Below, one piece after another: positions 10,501-20,700 of a stretch of DNA of 64,000 bases. The notes under the pieces were generated by a model, which searched no databases, was not told where the DNA came from, and saw only the letters and a program-made list of their open reading frames with translations. The stretch's first letter is position 1. Every line of letters begins with the position of its first letter. The position numbers were made by a program, and so were the translations under genes. The DNA comes from a virus, in IMG/VR virus record IMGVR_UViG_3300042292_000345, positions 13,326 through 77,325 of that record; one strand, given 5' to 3'.

Positions 10501-13411
10501 AGTTAAAAAGTATAATGTATCTAATGTATGGGATCCTGCTCAAAATATAGATGCAGGTGTCCAATACCTTAAAGAGTTACTTGGGAAGTTTGGTGGTGAT
10601 TCTAGAAAAGCTGCTTTAGGTTATTTTGAAGGAGAAGGAGGCGCTAGAAAAGCCTTAGCAAATCCTGCAGGTTATACTAAAGGTATGGATTACTTAAACA
10701 AGTATGATGCTAGATTATCTGGCAAGACTCCTATGAAGTTTCCTGATGCAACTATTACTATACCAACAGGTGCTATAATAGATGTTAGTGGTACCAGTAA
10801 TGTAACTGCCAATGGAGAGTCTGTAAATGCAGGCAGTGCTGCTACTAGAAATGTAAGTGCATTTGTAGAATCTAGAATAGCAACTGCAAATGCAAATAAG
10901 ATTGTTGTCAATAGTTGGAGACAAGCAATAGAAGGTATTAAAGGCACTAATCTAGGTATGTCATTGTCTAGCGCAATTCGTAAAGGTCTTTCTACTGTTG
11001 GTCAAGATACTATGAATGCATCTGTAGCTAACACTATATCTCCAAAAGATGTTCTTGTAGCTGATGAGTATAAGCAAACTATGACTGCTTTAAATGATCA
11101 GTTGAATACCGCTACTGATGAGATCACTAAAGCTAACCTGCAAGGTACTCTAAACAAAGTTAGTGCTGAGTTTGCATTGTTTAAAACAAGATTAGAAGAT
11201 CTTGCAACTGCTGCTATTAAAGCTGGTCAGGATTTTAGTAGTGCTGTTAAATCTACTCTAGGTGATGCTATCAAAGGATTGATGAAGGGAGAAACTTCAG
11301 ATGTGTCTACTCTTTTTAGTACTGCTCTTAAGAAACTAAGAGATGGGGTTATAGATGCTACTATTGATTCAATGACTAAAGGGATAATGAATAAATTACC
11401 ATTTAGTTTTGATAAGATTATGGCAAATGCTGGTGAAGCTATCTATAAAGTTCCAGGTGCTATTTGGGATTCTATGAGTGGTAAAGGCTTTGGAGGATTC
11501 ACAGATATCTGGGGAACTCTAACAGGTGGTAGTGCTACTGGTGGTACTCCTGAACAAGTGCAACTTCAAGCTGCTAAGATTCAACTTCAAGCTGCTCAAA
11601 TGCAACTTGCAGGTGGTGGGGGTGGAAGTGGTGCAGCAGCTAGTGCTGGTATTGGTAGTTGGCTTGCAAGTAATGCTGGCTGGCTAGCAGGTGGAGCAGG
11701 TGCCATAGGTCTTGGCTCATTGCTATACGGAGGTAAAGATACTAAAGGCTCATGGTCTGAAGGTATATCATCTCTTGGTAAATCATTCATGTCACCATTT
11801 GGTGGAGATACAACTAGTAGTGGAAATCCATTAAGTAGTATTAATCCTGTATCTGGAAAATCTGATTCTTGGAGTAGCGACTTCTTAGGTATTGGTAGTT
11901 TATTTGCTAAACAATCAGGTACTACAGATGCTGTAAAAGGAATCAAAGATAGCTTAATGCCTTCAGGAAAAGGATGGTGGGACAGCACTCCAGCAGTTGG
12001 TGAAATCTCTAAATCAGCTAATACATCTTGGCTTGATGATATATTTACTAAAATGAAGACAGGTCTATCAGATACTTTAGGCACTGATGGCTTCTTTGGC
12101 TCAATACTGAAAGGTATTGTAGCTGCTTGGGATTGGTTTACTGGTCTGTTTGGTAGTAATGAACCAACTAAAGCTGCCACTGGAGGTCGTATCAGTGGCC
12201 CAGGTACTGGTATATCTGATAGTATCCCTGCTATGTTATCTAATGGCGAATTTGTAGTCAATGCTAAAGCTGCTGGCAAGCATGGTAGACTATTAGAGTC
12301 TATCAACTCAGGCAATGTCTCTAAATTTGCTGAAGGCGGTTTTGTAGGTGGTAAAGGATTACCATTAGTTGGTGCTTTGATGGGCGTAGCAGGTCTATTC
12401 TTTGGTGGAAATAAAAGTACTCCTAAAGACCAAAGTCCTGAACAAGCATTACTTGCAGCTTCTGAAAATCTAAATTCTGCTGCTGATAAGCTATCTCGTG
12501 GTGGATTTGGCGGAGGTAATAATAGTATCTTTGCAACTGGTAATGGTCTTGGAAAAGGTATTGGCGGCTTTGCAGATTCTATGCTAGGTCTTGGCGGCTA
12601 TGGTAGTGCTGCTGGGGGAGTTCTTGATGCACTATTCGGTGTTAAAAAGAAAGAGAATGATATTTGTTCTTGCTTTACTGGCAAAGGTAGTCCAGCTACA
12701 AGCTTATTCCAAGATATATTTGGTTTAGGTGGTGATAAGAAGCCTTTAAGTGGTCTTACAGATAGCTTTGGTGTACTTCAAAGTGATGCTAATAATGGCT
12801 CATTTGGGGTAATGCAAAGTGATAAGAATGGCTTGATGGATAGTTTTACTGGTATGTTTAAAGACATGGATTTCGGAGGCATGTTTGATGTACTGAAAGA
12901 AGGCTTCATGGGTATATTTGGAGACTTAGGTACTTCAATTACAAGCTTACTAGGCGGAGGTGCTTCAGGCGGTGCTGGCGGAATTTTAGAAAGTCTTATG
13001 AGTTTCGGCAGTATGTTTGCATTTGCCAGTGGTGGTCATGTAAATGGACCAGGTACTAGTACTTCTGACAGTATTCCAGCAATGCTATCTAATGGTGAAT
13101 TTATCATTAATGCAAAAGCTACAGCAGCTACCAGACCACTACTAGAAGCTATTAACTCAGGTAAGACTCCTAAGTTTGCATTAGGTGGTAGTGTCGGAGA
13201 TGCATCAGGTAATCTAATGACACTTCCAAGTGCGAGATCAGGTGAGGTAATAAATACTTCACGAGTAAATAATAATAGTAATCAGAGTGTAATCAATATG
13301 AATATTACAGGTGATATTTCACGTCAGACACGTTCTGAAGTATTCAAAATGATTCCTACAATTGCTAATGGTGTTAACGTTCATAATAAAGAACAAAACT
13401 ATAGAGGTTAA
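1541..13411 (+). CDS. Tail tape measure protein with lytic transglycosylase (SLT) domain
   Basis: N-terminal TMP motif QLGQGLGSGALRGEEFNSVIEQ..LRRMANAGKLTS; SLT motifs IES / GLMQI / NIDAGVQYL near 10355-10720; C-terminal GPGT..SDSIPAMLSNGEF motif twice; GGAG RBS before ATG 1541. Confidence 0.92.
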   Translation: MSGIAIAVEAKVDKAQRDLQLLNHTVSNISTEVKKATSSFSLMSKSIVGLGGIALILPTIKSIDATFTNIENKIKTITGATERFNTAFSGVSSIARDTRSTLADTTDSFFRISSAISETSLDMDKVLVATRAIQSGAILAGGNLDGYRAAVMQLGQGLGSGALRGEEFNSVIEQALPIAKAIGDSLGVSVGTLRRMANAGKLTSDLVFNALIMQAGALQKKVSSMDITIEQSMQSLKETLKYVFNSFDKAVNMSGFLSRGIVALSGKLSLLADSAFNMGTDISSVLNSLFASKDLKRIADIATTMLYPFYFAAKQFGKQFMLFLNARGIISFMNKIFVETTSAAMMSITKLGTKLYTLGVILRAIDQQGFLQGKLAVFDAFGYAVKSFFVMFHFYVQRVVNPINQDIYAIGNSIDQTFNVIPGKVIKLFANFTAHISHFIQGFIGLYDTSIGRLFKNLAEAYEDFVADFNNSVFGFSPLSKKLEKYKEILARVVLKSIPEVLIRAAGAIKAALIGFIKPFKSVEERISASSRVLPKVSLSFEEMATGVNKAGKILVTGAENVKDFFMMLVSTDFSKLSSSFSFDGLKKNISNFVKYISNTSLLSSVKSFVKDLLPSDILSKSASVFSNTLQKIIVKIRDVLGSLFSMDKIKGQLTTFLPVIQSGLSSLLSTLTDAASIVYSKVSSFIDSFKQLEMVSAVTDKVEKVFNFIKKKLEGTSLDVDFSAIKDKVKSLFKDSISSDITSSMASSSFKFSDFKHIAVKALDSIVDGFHNIVAVSKKLLFTKPKEALDYILEKLSIVKQKIGEFATSIGIPSIDLSVNLEPIKKAIGVAKEFIGSMVADLSDVFGTNFTNLNLDTSSFSSFKASILKAFDEVSSIFNKNLAVLFAKPMTFHVSAIALGEMFPENKVTEFLSKQLRAVAVRGWKDFIIAWSNTANAGDLSERVGEFASTTIVNAIKNYTYALPQLAGALMSIGSSIFRGFVEGLPIVGKVSEVVFNLAEMLGVAGPLGVIGAFLFGSSILTTLAEIGLLPATLTKVAGAMHTVKSFFMGSYGTRTATGAFTSVLGTMSHEMFNSARRSFSIGAALLGADMLGTFDTMFKDSPIAHSVARGLAVGFMLFGHDVPKLIAEHVLKPIATGLLMGGPAPFSNFLVNYLRGGDQGPLSARVAKTIFEKVDQIRDMFVSRMEGIVTGKGIFESLIYGRTGAITQPQQSSRIFVKYEAMMRSLQGHAGSFAATIRAQVPVLATLMSKWTAFDTALAASGGSGGRLLYALFGKGGLILRIAPTILLITGLLAAFSTFASEAEQIPDYIKGKEGFAAVPRMEVPQPEIVVNKPTIASQVKEWMSAAGDEFKATFPAFAKIMKDLSLLPYKIFNFTSLRSLFAEIGNLFTDIYDASIPYIVALGSIVGKVLLDQFSMIMKLVQSFGSLINAYFTGIVNLGQLVGDTLATYTDVLVAVIGVGLVVFDYFIQRSKNATLALSQFLKVFAKSRFLPIALAIGGVGVVFEKYFIEGVDVAIDRTTVFGQVLSALLTVATLVFKVFKILKPILLALPFIEPLLAKLGPLREGFRKLGETFKTSFTGFRWTDIFTSPLETIKKLGSTAVEGLKGLYTTITTATVSAASSAGARAGGAFSRAIAAALSTNGFLIVAALTGVLVAAAKDIDGRKFSDISGISSFINFFFDLAAGAAVIAIGSFLLLGKSTWDFRNKVLAATAALRAQQGAMFVNEATLAAHAAMMWKTYEAPLLAMPAMIASRMTSLFVFAGSIAAGAFAGAFVTNALMHQSEYTEIGIMIGTYLGFMIGRSLIKYLGTIMVEAFTAAMIGSIAALATAVGYVGMGLAGWFNWSDDFLTQLSSIYDKLKDIAGIVSEKPDTKTGLSKRALDFAKYKGIEIAYNIGNIKESILSENTKKSYKESISKLNESLLKGSENELTGVEVDLHEIQNNVKASSRQVSRATNESMISISKDYDKFATLLTRIGKINPADELFKLSKPEKVNYDDYLNGILMGSENNNVLKDGGIKGRIQKAMETSIEKMSTGGDFSPQLTAKINQLYSSLFDTLNTYYGAIYENNSDKSKTTASAAEGYIVNILSDIERLNVWKGAVDEAASAANKYTTSIANISTNLSKYKIDFKTEDLNVDTSLTDYLDNTYNYLLEIDNQLSKAYDKNNRIRLTQIKDSAIEEAKARVDAAKKVQKDYQYQLSTFTDVGIEIPDVAKFMSPEKAQGIVENFKQLKQLQEDIQKPAVEPVMPEINQLWSMRSKEETARAFEAYVSQLQDYNRIVSAKIMGEAGLDNFRNAISRQIFEGIKGDKAGYAKYIYGIVESIGSPVIDMVDQFGLDTIDGIANQIAELSIKAEMFKRSGDYSKEAPLRQQIEDLKMSIKTLDIQPLQSVIDLLDQGITGRDLLSISDNDLAKLAALGKAIAKYNKDLSEARRTNSPVDTKRIQGQIQDTKKQAKQIADVYRSALPSSFSNIYGRMGLEGKASSVTAGLFMKLANASKNIENLELDRALKSDTLSDWKDFTDQIEKANIELERTKLLGPFVGEALTSAFSDVGVSDFNEMVAYGAGQLTELLGLARKKQSINLDIKAGASESEIQNYINSVRQLAEIADEVAKKRINTITTGTDITQAFSDAGASTNKAALANYQYGASLLALSKKSALLKLDQAKPLTLQAAKENLKALADIDRQLAIYKKIVMNTKENFDSFKSIFDFSVDDTLYARLSNGILGLMGNVAARIDLLMKNASDKDGLSASTRSLYEALALVKRDAKTYSSLLTSVYEAQQSRFDSNKTKYDKISTAFPNLGMDKNLYGTLDRAVRSGFEKSANFSDLFSKISDLGALPVKLADELDRLGNLYASGKNVDIDMIAAAVTQYGEGNLKARLEAIMSSTKDPFTNLKTSTDDLKGAIELLSENVAANTATLRGEAPKAKTSMNMSSNVESLLAASTAKYGVPLDLARIVTHIESRGKNNLTSETGNKGLMQISNDLVKKYNVSNVWDPAQNIDAGVQYLKELLGKFGGDSRKAALGYFEGEGGARKALANPAGYTKGMDYLNKYDARLSGKTPMKFPDATITIPTGAIIDVSGTSNVTANGESVNAGSAATRNVSAFVESRIATANANKIVVNSWRQAIEGIKGTNLGMSLSSAIRKGLSTVGQDTMNASVANTISPKDVLVADEYKQTMTALNDQLNTATDEITKANLQGTLNKVSAEFALFKTRLEDLATAAIKAGQDFSSAVKSTLGDAIKGLMKGETSDVSTLFSTALKKLRDGVIDATIDSMTKGIMNKLPFSFDKIMANAGEAIYKVPGAIWDSMSGKGFGGFTDIWGTLTGGSATGGTPEQVQLQAAKIQLQAAQMQLAGGGGGSGAAASAGIGSWLASNAGWLAGGAGAIGLGSLLYGGKDTKGSWSEGISSLGKSFMSPFGGDTTSSGNPLSSINPVSGKSDSWSSDFLGIGSLFAKQSGTTDAVKGIKDSLMPSGKGWWDSTPAVGEISKSANTSWLDDIFTKMKTGLSDTLGTDGFFGSILKGIVAAWDWFTGLFGSNEPTKAATGGRISGPGTGISDSIPAMLSNGEFVVNAKAAGKHGRLLESINSGNVSKFAEGGFVGGKGLPLVGALMGVAGLFFGGNKSTPKDQSPEQALLAASENLNSAADKLSRGGFGGGNNSIFATGNGLGKGIGGFADSMLGLGGYGSAAGGVLDALFGVKKKENDICSCFTGKGSPATSLFQDIFGLGGDKKPLSGLTDSFGVLQSDANNGSFGVMQSDKNGLMDSFTGMFKDMDFGGMFDVLKEGFMGIFGDLGTSITSLLGGGASGGAGGILESLMSFGSMFAFASGGHVNGPGTSTSDSIPAMLSNGEFIINAKATAATRPLLEAINSGKTPKFALGGSVGDASGNLMTLPSARSGEVINTSRVNNNSNQSVINMNITGDISRQTRSEVFKMIPTIANGVNVHNKEQNYRG

Positions 13412-13414
13412 TCT

Positions 13415-14086
13415 ATGAAATTCGGTATCTGTGATGACAATTGGAATGTACTTGCTAGATTTGCTGTGCCTATGACAGTGAATAGCAACCAACCAGTATT
13501 CTCTACAGATACCCTTTCACTACATAGAAGAACTACAGTAAGAGGTGCTCAACGTTGGGAGATCAGTTCCAACGTTGAAATCTTAAGAGAAACTGCTGCA
13601 GGACTCTTCGCTCATTTAGTAGAGAAAGGGCATCATACACCTATAAATGTATTAATACCACAAAATATAGGTGTTATAGAGAATATGAGAGAAGCCTATG
13701 AGGATCCAATTCCAAGATATATTGGTATCTCTCAAAGACAAAATTCAGCTGATGGCAAAGCTACTATATCTTTACAGAACCATACTGTAGCATTACTTGC
13801 AGGTACTTTTGTACAATTCATAACTTACAACGCAAACGGTGTAATAGATCCTGTACAAGATACTAAAGTATATATGCTAACCAGACCAGTAACAGCAAAT
13901 AATAATATTGCATATGTATATCCTCAGCTTAGAAAAACAGGCACGGTTGGTAGCCAGTCTAAGATGTATTATACAGGCGTTAAAATGCCTTGCTATTATG
14001 ATATGGACACTATTCAGGGAATGGTATATCAAGATGGTCTATTAATGGATATGGGGACTGTGAAACTAGTAGAGGCTTTAGCATGA
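13415..14086 (+). CDS. Distal/minor tail protein
   Basis: Immediately after TMP; GAQRWEI motif and YPQLR near the C-terminus as in sipho minor tail proteins. Confidence 0.6.
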   Translation: MKFGICDDNWNVLARFAVPMTVNSNQPVFSTDTLSLHRRTTVRGAQRWEISSNVEILRETAAGLFAHLVEKGHHTPINVLIPQNIGVIENMREAYEDPIPRYIGISQRQNSADGKATISLQNHTVALLAGTFVQFITYNANGVIDPVQDTKVYMLTRPVTANNNIAYVYPQLRKTGTVGSQSKMYYTGVKMPCYYDMDTIQGMVYQDGLLMDMGTVKLVEALA

Positions 14087-14718
14087 TAGTTCTATCAGAG
14101 CATAATAGAAATATATTAGCTGGTTCAAATGCGTTCTCCATATTGATGGTTTGTATTTTAAAAAATGATGATTCATTATTATATGCATCAACTACACACT
14201 ATCAGGATCTTTTAACAGTACCTGCAAACGTAGTATTTCCAGGGGTTAATGTTAAAAATGAATTTGGAGAAACCCTAACATTTATACCATATCTTGCAGA
14301 TGGTACTTTAGTTAGTTTAGCGCCACCTACATTATCTACATCAGTAGATAGAGAGCAATACTCTATGATGATGACGGATCAAGCATTACTGTCATTTGCA
14401 GCAAATACTTGGGGTATGATTGGGTTAAGATTTAGAGTAACCGCAGTATTTTCTGATGGCACTACTCCTAGCTTTACTAAAGAAAATATGCTTACAGTAT
14501 ATGCAGGTCGTATCAGTGGTGTTACTCATAATCAATCAATGGGAACGGCAGGTGAATCACTAGTAAAGATAACTGCAGGATCTCCTATGTACGGTCTAGA
14601 TCAAAAGAATGGTATATTCTTTTCAGACCCTAAAATAAAAGAAAGAAATAAAACAGATACGTGTGCTGAACATGTATACGTCACTTCACGCAATTATGCA
14701 CTTCATTGGGGAAAATAA
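14083..14718 (+). CDS. Tail tip/hub protein (gpL/DUF2163-like)
   Basis: Position; VYAGRI motif and C-terminal D.C.....L.WGK. Confidence 0.55.
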   Translation: MIVLSEHNRNILAGSNAFSILMVCILKNDDSLLYASTTHYQDLLTVPANVVFPGVNVKNEFGETLTFIPYLADGTLVSLAPPTLSTSVDREQYSMMMTDQALLSFAANTWGMIGLRFRVTAVFSDGTTPSFTKENMLTVYAGRISGVTHNQSMGTAGESLVKITAGSPMYGLDQKNGIFFSDPKIKERNKTDTCAEHVYVTSRNYALHWGK

Positions 14719-17700
14719 TGACAGATCCCTTTTCAATTATTATGTTTGTTGTGGCTATTGGTTTAACAGTTTATCGTATGGTATCTGCACCTAAGCCTAA
14801 AGCCCCTCAAGGACCAGGTAGAACACAAGTCTCAGGTGTAGATGTTATAGCTGATGGTCAACCAGAGTATCTACCTGTGGTGTACGGTAGATCACGGGTA
14901 GCAGGGGTCAGAGCTTATACCACTATCTCACCATCATTTGTGTATATAGACATACCTGATAATTTTCAAAGATTTAATCCAACGGCTAACCCTTCACTTA
15001 CAGCTATTCTTGATAAGAGTGGTGCAGCAACTAAAAATTCTGTATTAACAACACAGATTGCAATTGCCCATGGACCTATTAATAGAGTAGTAGAAGTATT
15101 AATAGAGGATACTACTTCCGATAATCCTAGTTTTGCTTATAGAAGCAATAATACAACTCACAAAGATGCTGAAGTTGCTAATAGACTTCCTGAAGCATCT
15201 TGGCAGATTGATATATGCACTAATGGTGTAGCGCCTAATACTGCAACAAATGTCAAAGGGTTTACACATCCAAGAGGTTCTTCTACAGCATACTTTGCAG
15301 ACATTGCCTATGCTACTTGTACTTTTAAAATTGATGAATTTGAATTACAATGGAACGGCATCCCTGATACAGCATTTCTAGTAGAGGGAATGAAAGTTCA
15401 GAAATGGATGCTATCAGGTACTACGCCAGTAGTTGATGGACCAAAAGTATATTCTGCTAATCCTTCTTGGTGCCTCCTAGATTATCTAACTAATACTATC
15501 TATGGTAAAGGTATAGATGTTGGAACTGAAGTAAATATTGAAAGTTTTATAAAAGCAGCAATAGTATGTGATCAGAGATTTAAAGAGTCTAACGCAGCAA
15601 ATGCTTTAGATAAAGGCTATAAGATTGGCGGTGCTATTAACAAAGCCATTCCTACAGAGCAGTATAGAGCTATTTTTGAATGTAATATTACATTAGATAC
15701 TGGTAAGCCAATGCGAGATAATATCGAAACATTACTTACTACAATGAATGGCGCAGTACTTACATGGTCTAACGGGAGATATAACTTACTAGTAATTCAC
15801 CCTACTAGTATGACTGCATTAAATGCTTTAAGATACCTAGATGGTGTAGCACCACTGGCAGGTCAAGAAGATATAACATTACTGACAGATAATGACCTAG
15901 TACTAGACCAACAGATTGACGTAGCTTGGCCAGATGCTTCTACTAAACTAAACCAAGTTACTATACACTTTAAGAACGAAGCTAGAAACTTTAAAGATGA
16001 TGCTATTACTTGGCCAGTACTCTATCAAGACGCTGAAATACCTGTAGCAGCTACTTCAGAGGTAATCACAGATCCTGTAGGTCGTTTTGTATGGACTGCT
16101 AATGCTAATGGCCATGACTACAGTAAATATGCTTTTGTAGGGATGTTTGCTAAATTTGGCGTTGCTAATAAAGGCGATAATGCAGGTGCTACAGATACTT
16201 TTAGAATTCACTGTGTAGGTGTTATAGGGAGCTATTCTATTGAAGCCGTCTGTACTGCTAGAATATCTTCTGTAAGAATTATTAGAGAGTATCCAACTTC
16301 GGGCTTGATTGAACAAGAGTTATTAAATTTAAGTACATGCGCTACACCTAGGTTTTATAATGATGAGACCAAAGTAGATGATCCATTAGGTGACAAATTT
16401 TATTATAATACTCTCTTAGGATCTACAACAAGACCTATTGGTTATAATGATACAATTATAGGTTCTGGTCCTACACGCCTTACATCAGGGGGACAAGAAG
16501 CTAAATTAAATATTTTAACTAATGAGGACATGTATTTAAGAATTGAAGTCACTTATTCTAGAACTGTTGGTATGTATTTTAATCAAAAAGATAGTACTGA
16601 TAAGAAAAAGAAAAGACAATTCGAAGATTACAGCCCTAACGCTGGGGTTTCTTATGGCCTTTGTTTTATTGATTATTCAGCAGGGCACAATATTCTCTGG
16701 CAGACAGGTCAGCAATACTACACTGAATTTAAGATAGCTTCACCAAATGAAAAAGCTACTCTAGATGCTGCTAAGGCATTACATGATTCTTTAAAAGCTG
16801 AAGATGGAAATGTTATATTAGAGCGAGACTATACTATTCCAGGTATTAGCACTATCTATCACGCGTGGTTTAGAGCTGAAGAGTTAGTAAGAGCTAGTAG
16901 ATTTAGCTTTAAGGTAACATTTAAGTATCTAGTAAAGAATCTCTATTTAGAACCAGGAGATGTATTTGCCATTCAATCAGTGGCAATGGGATGGGATACT
17001 CCTATAACTTTACGAGTCACTTCTAGTAGTCTTAATGAAGAGAACGTATGTTCAGTACAGGCAGATTATATCAGTACTGACTTGTATATTAAAGGAGTCA
17101 ACTTACCTAATTTTTCATCTGATATAATACCACCCATTTATATTGGTACTTCTTATGACATGAGATCATTTGAATTTATCTCGGAGGCAAATGAGACTGT
17201 TGGTAGTCCAGGCACTTTAATATATGCGGCCCAGTTTCCTAATCTAGTAAAAGGCTTTGAAATCTCTGCTTGTTATAATTCAACTAAAGCAAGTAATGGT
17301 GCTTTAAGCTTTTCAGTAATTGTCCCTGAGACGTATGCCAGAGAGGTTGAATTACCAGCTACAACTGCCACTACTGCGATATATAGCATTAGAGCAATCT
17401 CGTATAATGACATCAAGGGTACTCCAGCGTATAGTATACTTACAGGTGCTCATACACTTTCTAGATTTGGTAATATGCTTATTTTAAGCTGTGATCAAGA
17501 CGCACTTATCTACTCTAATGATAAACCAGTAGTTTCAACAATAACTCTTAAAGCAATTCTAGATGTTGTAGATTTACATGGAAAGGTATATACTTGGAAA
17601 GTAGGTGGAGTAGTTATACCTACACTAGTTGGCAATGAAGTTACCTATACACTACCTACAACCAAGCCTTTAAAAGCTTTAGAAATCTCTGTATCAGTAA

Positions 17701-20700
17701 CAGATACAGATATCCCAGACTTGGCATTTTCTTTTACAGATACTATCAAACTTCCAATTCTAACAGGTGCAGATTCACCGCCTTTATTAGAATTTGCAGA
17801 TAGCCTTCTAGTACTTGAAAGAGACAATATGCAATTGCCTAAAACAGTTGCATTGAACTATTACCTAAAAGGAGTGATAGCTCCACTGCCTGAATATACG
17901 ATTGCAGCAGTAGGCTGTACTGCTGAGATAGTGGCGACTGGAATTAAAATTACTGAAGTAACTTCAGGCGCGGCTAGTACATATGTGATTGCAACAGCGG
18001 GAAGCCTTTCTACAACTGTTAAAGTTGTTTCGGTAACTAACACTACTTTTAATATTTCAGTAAACTTAATTAGTGAAGATAAATTAGTAGCTAAGTATAA
18101 ATCTGACAATACATTAGACCCTCCTTCGTACACTATTGCATTTACTGCACAACTTAATGTACAAGATATTTCAGCGTATACTTTTGAATTCTATGTAAAT
18201 GACACATTGAACCCTAACTCAGTTGACAATACTTTCATCTACTACCCTACTGAGCAATATGCAAATATGCCTGAGACTATTAAGGTATTAGTAAAAAGAG
18301 TAGTAGGTACTACTGAAACTCTGGTAGCAGCTGATTATGTAACTATCTTAGGGCTGCTAGACACTAGTGGAGCTGAGCCTAAAATGCAGTTAGCAAACGC
18401 ATTTAAAGTACTGTCAGTAAACTTAGATAGCACTACTAGTATGGCGGATTCTGGTACTTATGGTGATGTGTATATTGGCACTACAGCGTTAACCTACTCA
18501 ACAACAGATGTCAACGCAGTAAACGCACCGTTGGGTATTTATAATGTAACTGCTACACAGGTAGGTCTTTCAGGTGAACCTGAAATAGCTGTATCTATGA
18601 ATAGTACAAGTGATGTTGGCTTTCATACAAATGACTACGCTGAAATGCTACCTACAACAAACCAAGCCACTATTACTTTTAATGCTAAAGTCAAAGATTT
18701 GAAAGGAGCAATTTTAGAACTATTACCTTTAGAGCAGAAATTAATTAGACAGACTTCTTTTGCTGTAACTAAACAGGTACTAGATGCTGCTTCATTGCAT
18801 GTGTTAAGTACGAGTGCGGATATTTCGGTTATTCCAGTACCTACTGATATTGCTATTACTTATGTAGCAGACGCAGATGATGATGGGACTACTTCAGGCA
18901 CTATATCATGGACTTACCCAACAGCCTATACGAGTATAGACGGCTTTGTTGTGTGTTATACAAGTACTAAATTAAATGCTCAACTTGATTTGAATCATCT
19001 AGATGTTGCGTCTTCAGCGGTATCTGTCAAAGTTAGTAAAGATATTAGAAGTTGTCAAATAAATGGGCTAGGTACTACTAAGTATATTTGTGCATTTATT
19101 TTTGCTTATCGAAAAGCAGACATAGCATCTTACAATACATTTGATGATGATACCTCGCATCGATATAAGACTTCTGACAATGATTTATGGATAGTCTCTC
19201 TTGTAGCTAGAAGTCATCTAACTGACGCTCTAAGCAGGTATACTAGTCGTCTAGTAGTTAATACCGATATCAAAGATGAAAATGGTAATACATTAAGTGT
19301 AGCAGAGGTATATGCTAATCTTGAAGATTTCAATTCAAAAAATAATACATCTACTGCGCCACTCCCTGCTGTTACATTCAGAACTCCTGGTATTGTTTAC
19401 GACAATTCTAAAGTAAACTCAGGTAATATTGACTTTGCAGTGCTATGCAAGATGCCTAAAACATCTGATCTTGTTATGATAGACGGCATTGCAGTATTGT
19501 GCGAAGAGTACTTGACATCTAACTCGATTAACTTGTCTGGCGTAATACCAACTGAACAAGTTATTGCAACAAACTTAAGTACTGTATTTGTTCCAATAAG
19601 TTCCCCAAAGGTAGACTCAAATCCTCTCAACCCCACTCTAGGTGATTGGTGGTTTAATATACCATTTGATGAAATGAAAGTAAATGTATTTAGAAATGTG
19701 TTTATATTTACTTACAGAGAAGTTGATATTACCACTTATAATTCTACAGCTTATACTAAGAGAAAATTTCAGAAAGGAAATAGAAATTTCTTTTGTTCTG
19801 ATGCTTATCAATTAGTTCCTAAAGACGGTGACTATTCCATCTACAATGGCACATTAGCGACATCAGCTGAACTTAAACTGCCAGACGGTACAATAATCAA
19901 GACAGCAGACTTATATGCTAATTTGGTAAATACGTCACCTTTGAATGACGCATCTGTTGCTGCTATTTCAACTCCGATTATCAGTACTAGCAATGGCATA
20001 GTCTACTCTAACACATATACTAATTCAGGTAATATTGATTATATATTTAATTTTGGTACATTAAATATAATACCTAATGGTACTCCTGGGAACGATAAAG
20101 ACTCTATAGATGGTTTTGCAATTTTAGAAGTCATAACAGCTGATAAAACAGATTTGATTATTGATATAACTCCTGAAAAAATAATGACAAATCCTAGTAA
20201 TTTTGTAGTGTCAGCAAGTGTTGGGCAAGCTGCTACCGCTCAAAATCAAATGGGTCAAACAGTCTACGCTGCAGAAGTAAAAGAAGCCAAAGCTAAAGCT
20301 GCGAGAAGCTTATTTATAGTGGCTTATAGAGAGGTTAGTACTGCAACATTTGCAAAAGCAACTACTAACATTAAAGTAAGAGTAGGAAAGAGAATGTTTT
20401 TCTGTTCTGAAGTGGCTAGAAGCCATGCAAATGGTGAGTTAAGCTTATGTACCCTTCCATTGACAACAACAGCAGAGTTACAGACTATTGATGGTGTTGT
20501 ATTGCAGACTACTAAGTTGTATGAAAATTATCTTGATTTTAATAGTGGAAATAATAATTCTTTTGCCACAATAGATAATAACATAACTAATATACAGCTA
20601 AGCTATCTTAAAGACACTGATCCAACTACTGCATTAGTTACTAGTGTACATCCTTCAGGTAATGTAGATATCACTCTACAGTTTGAATTTGGAGGAAATG

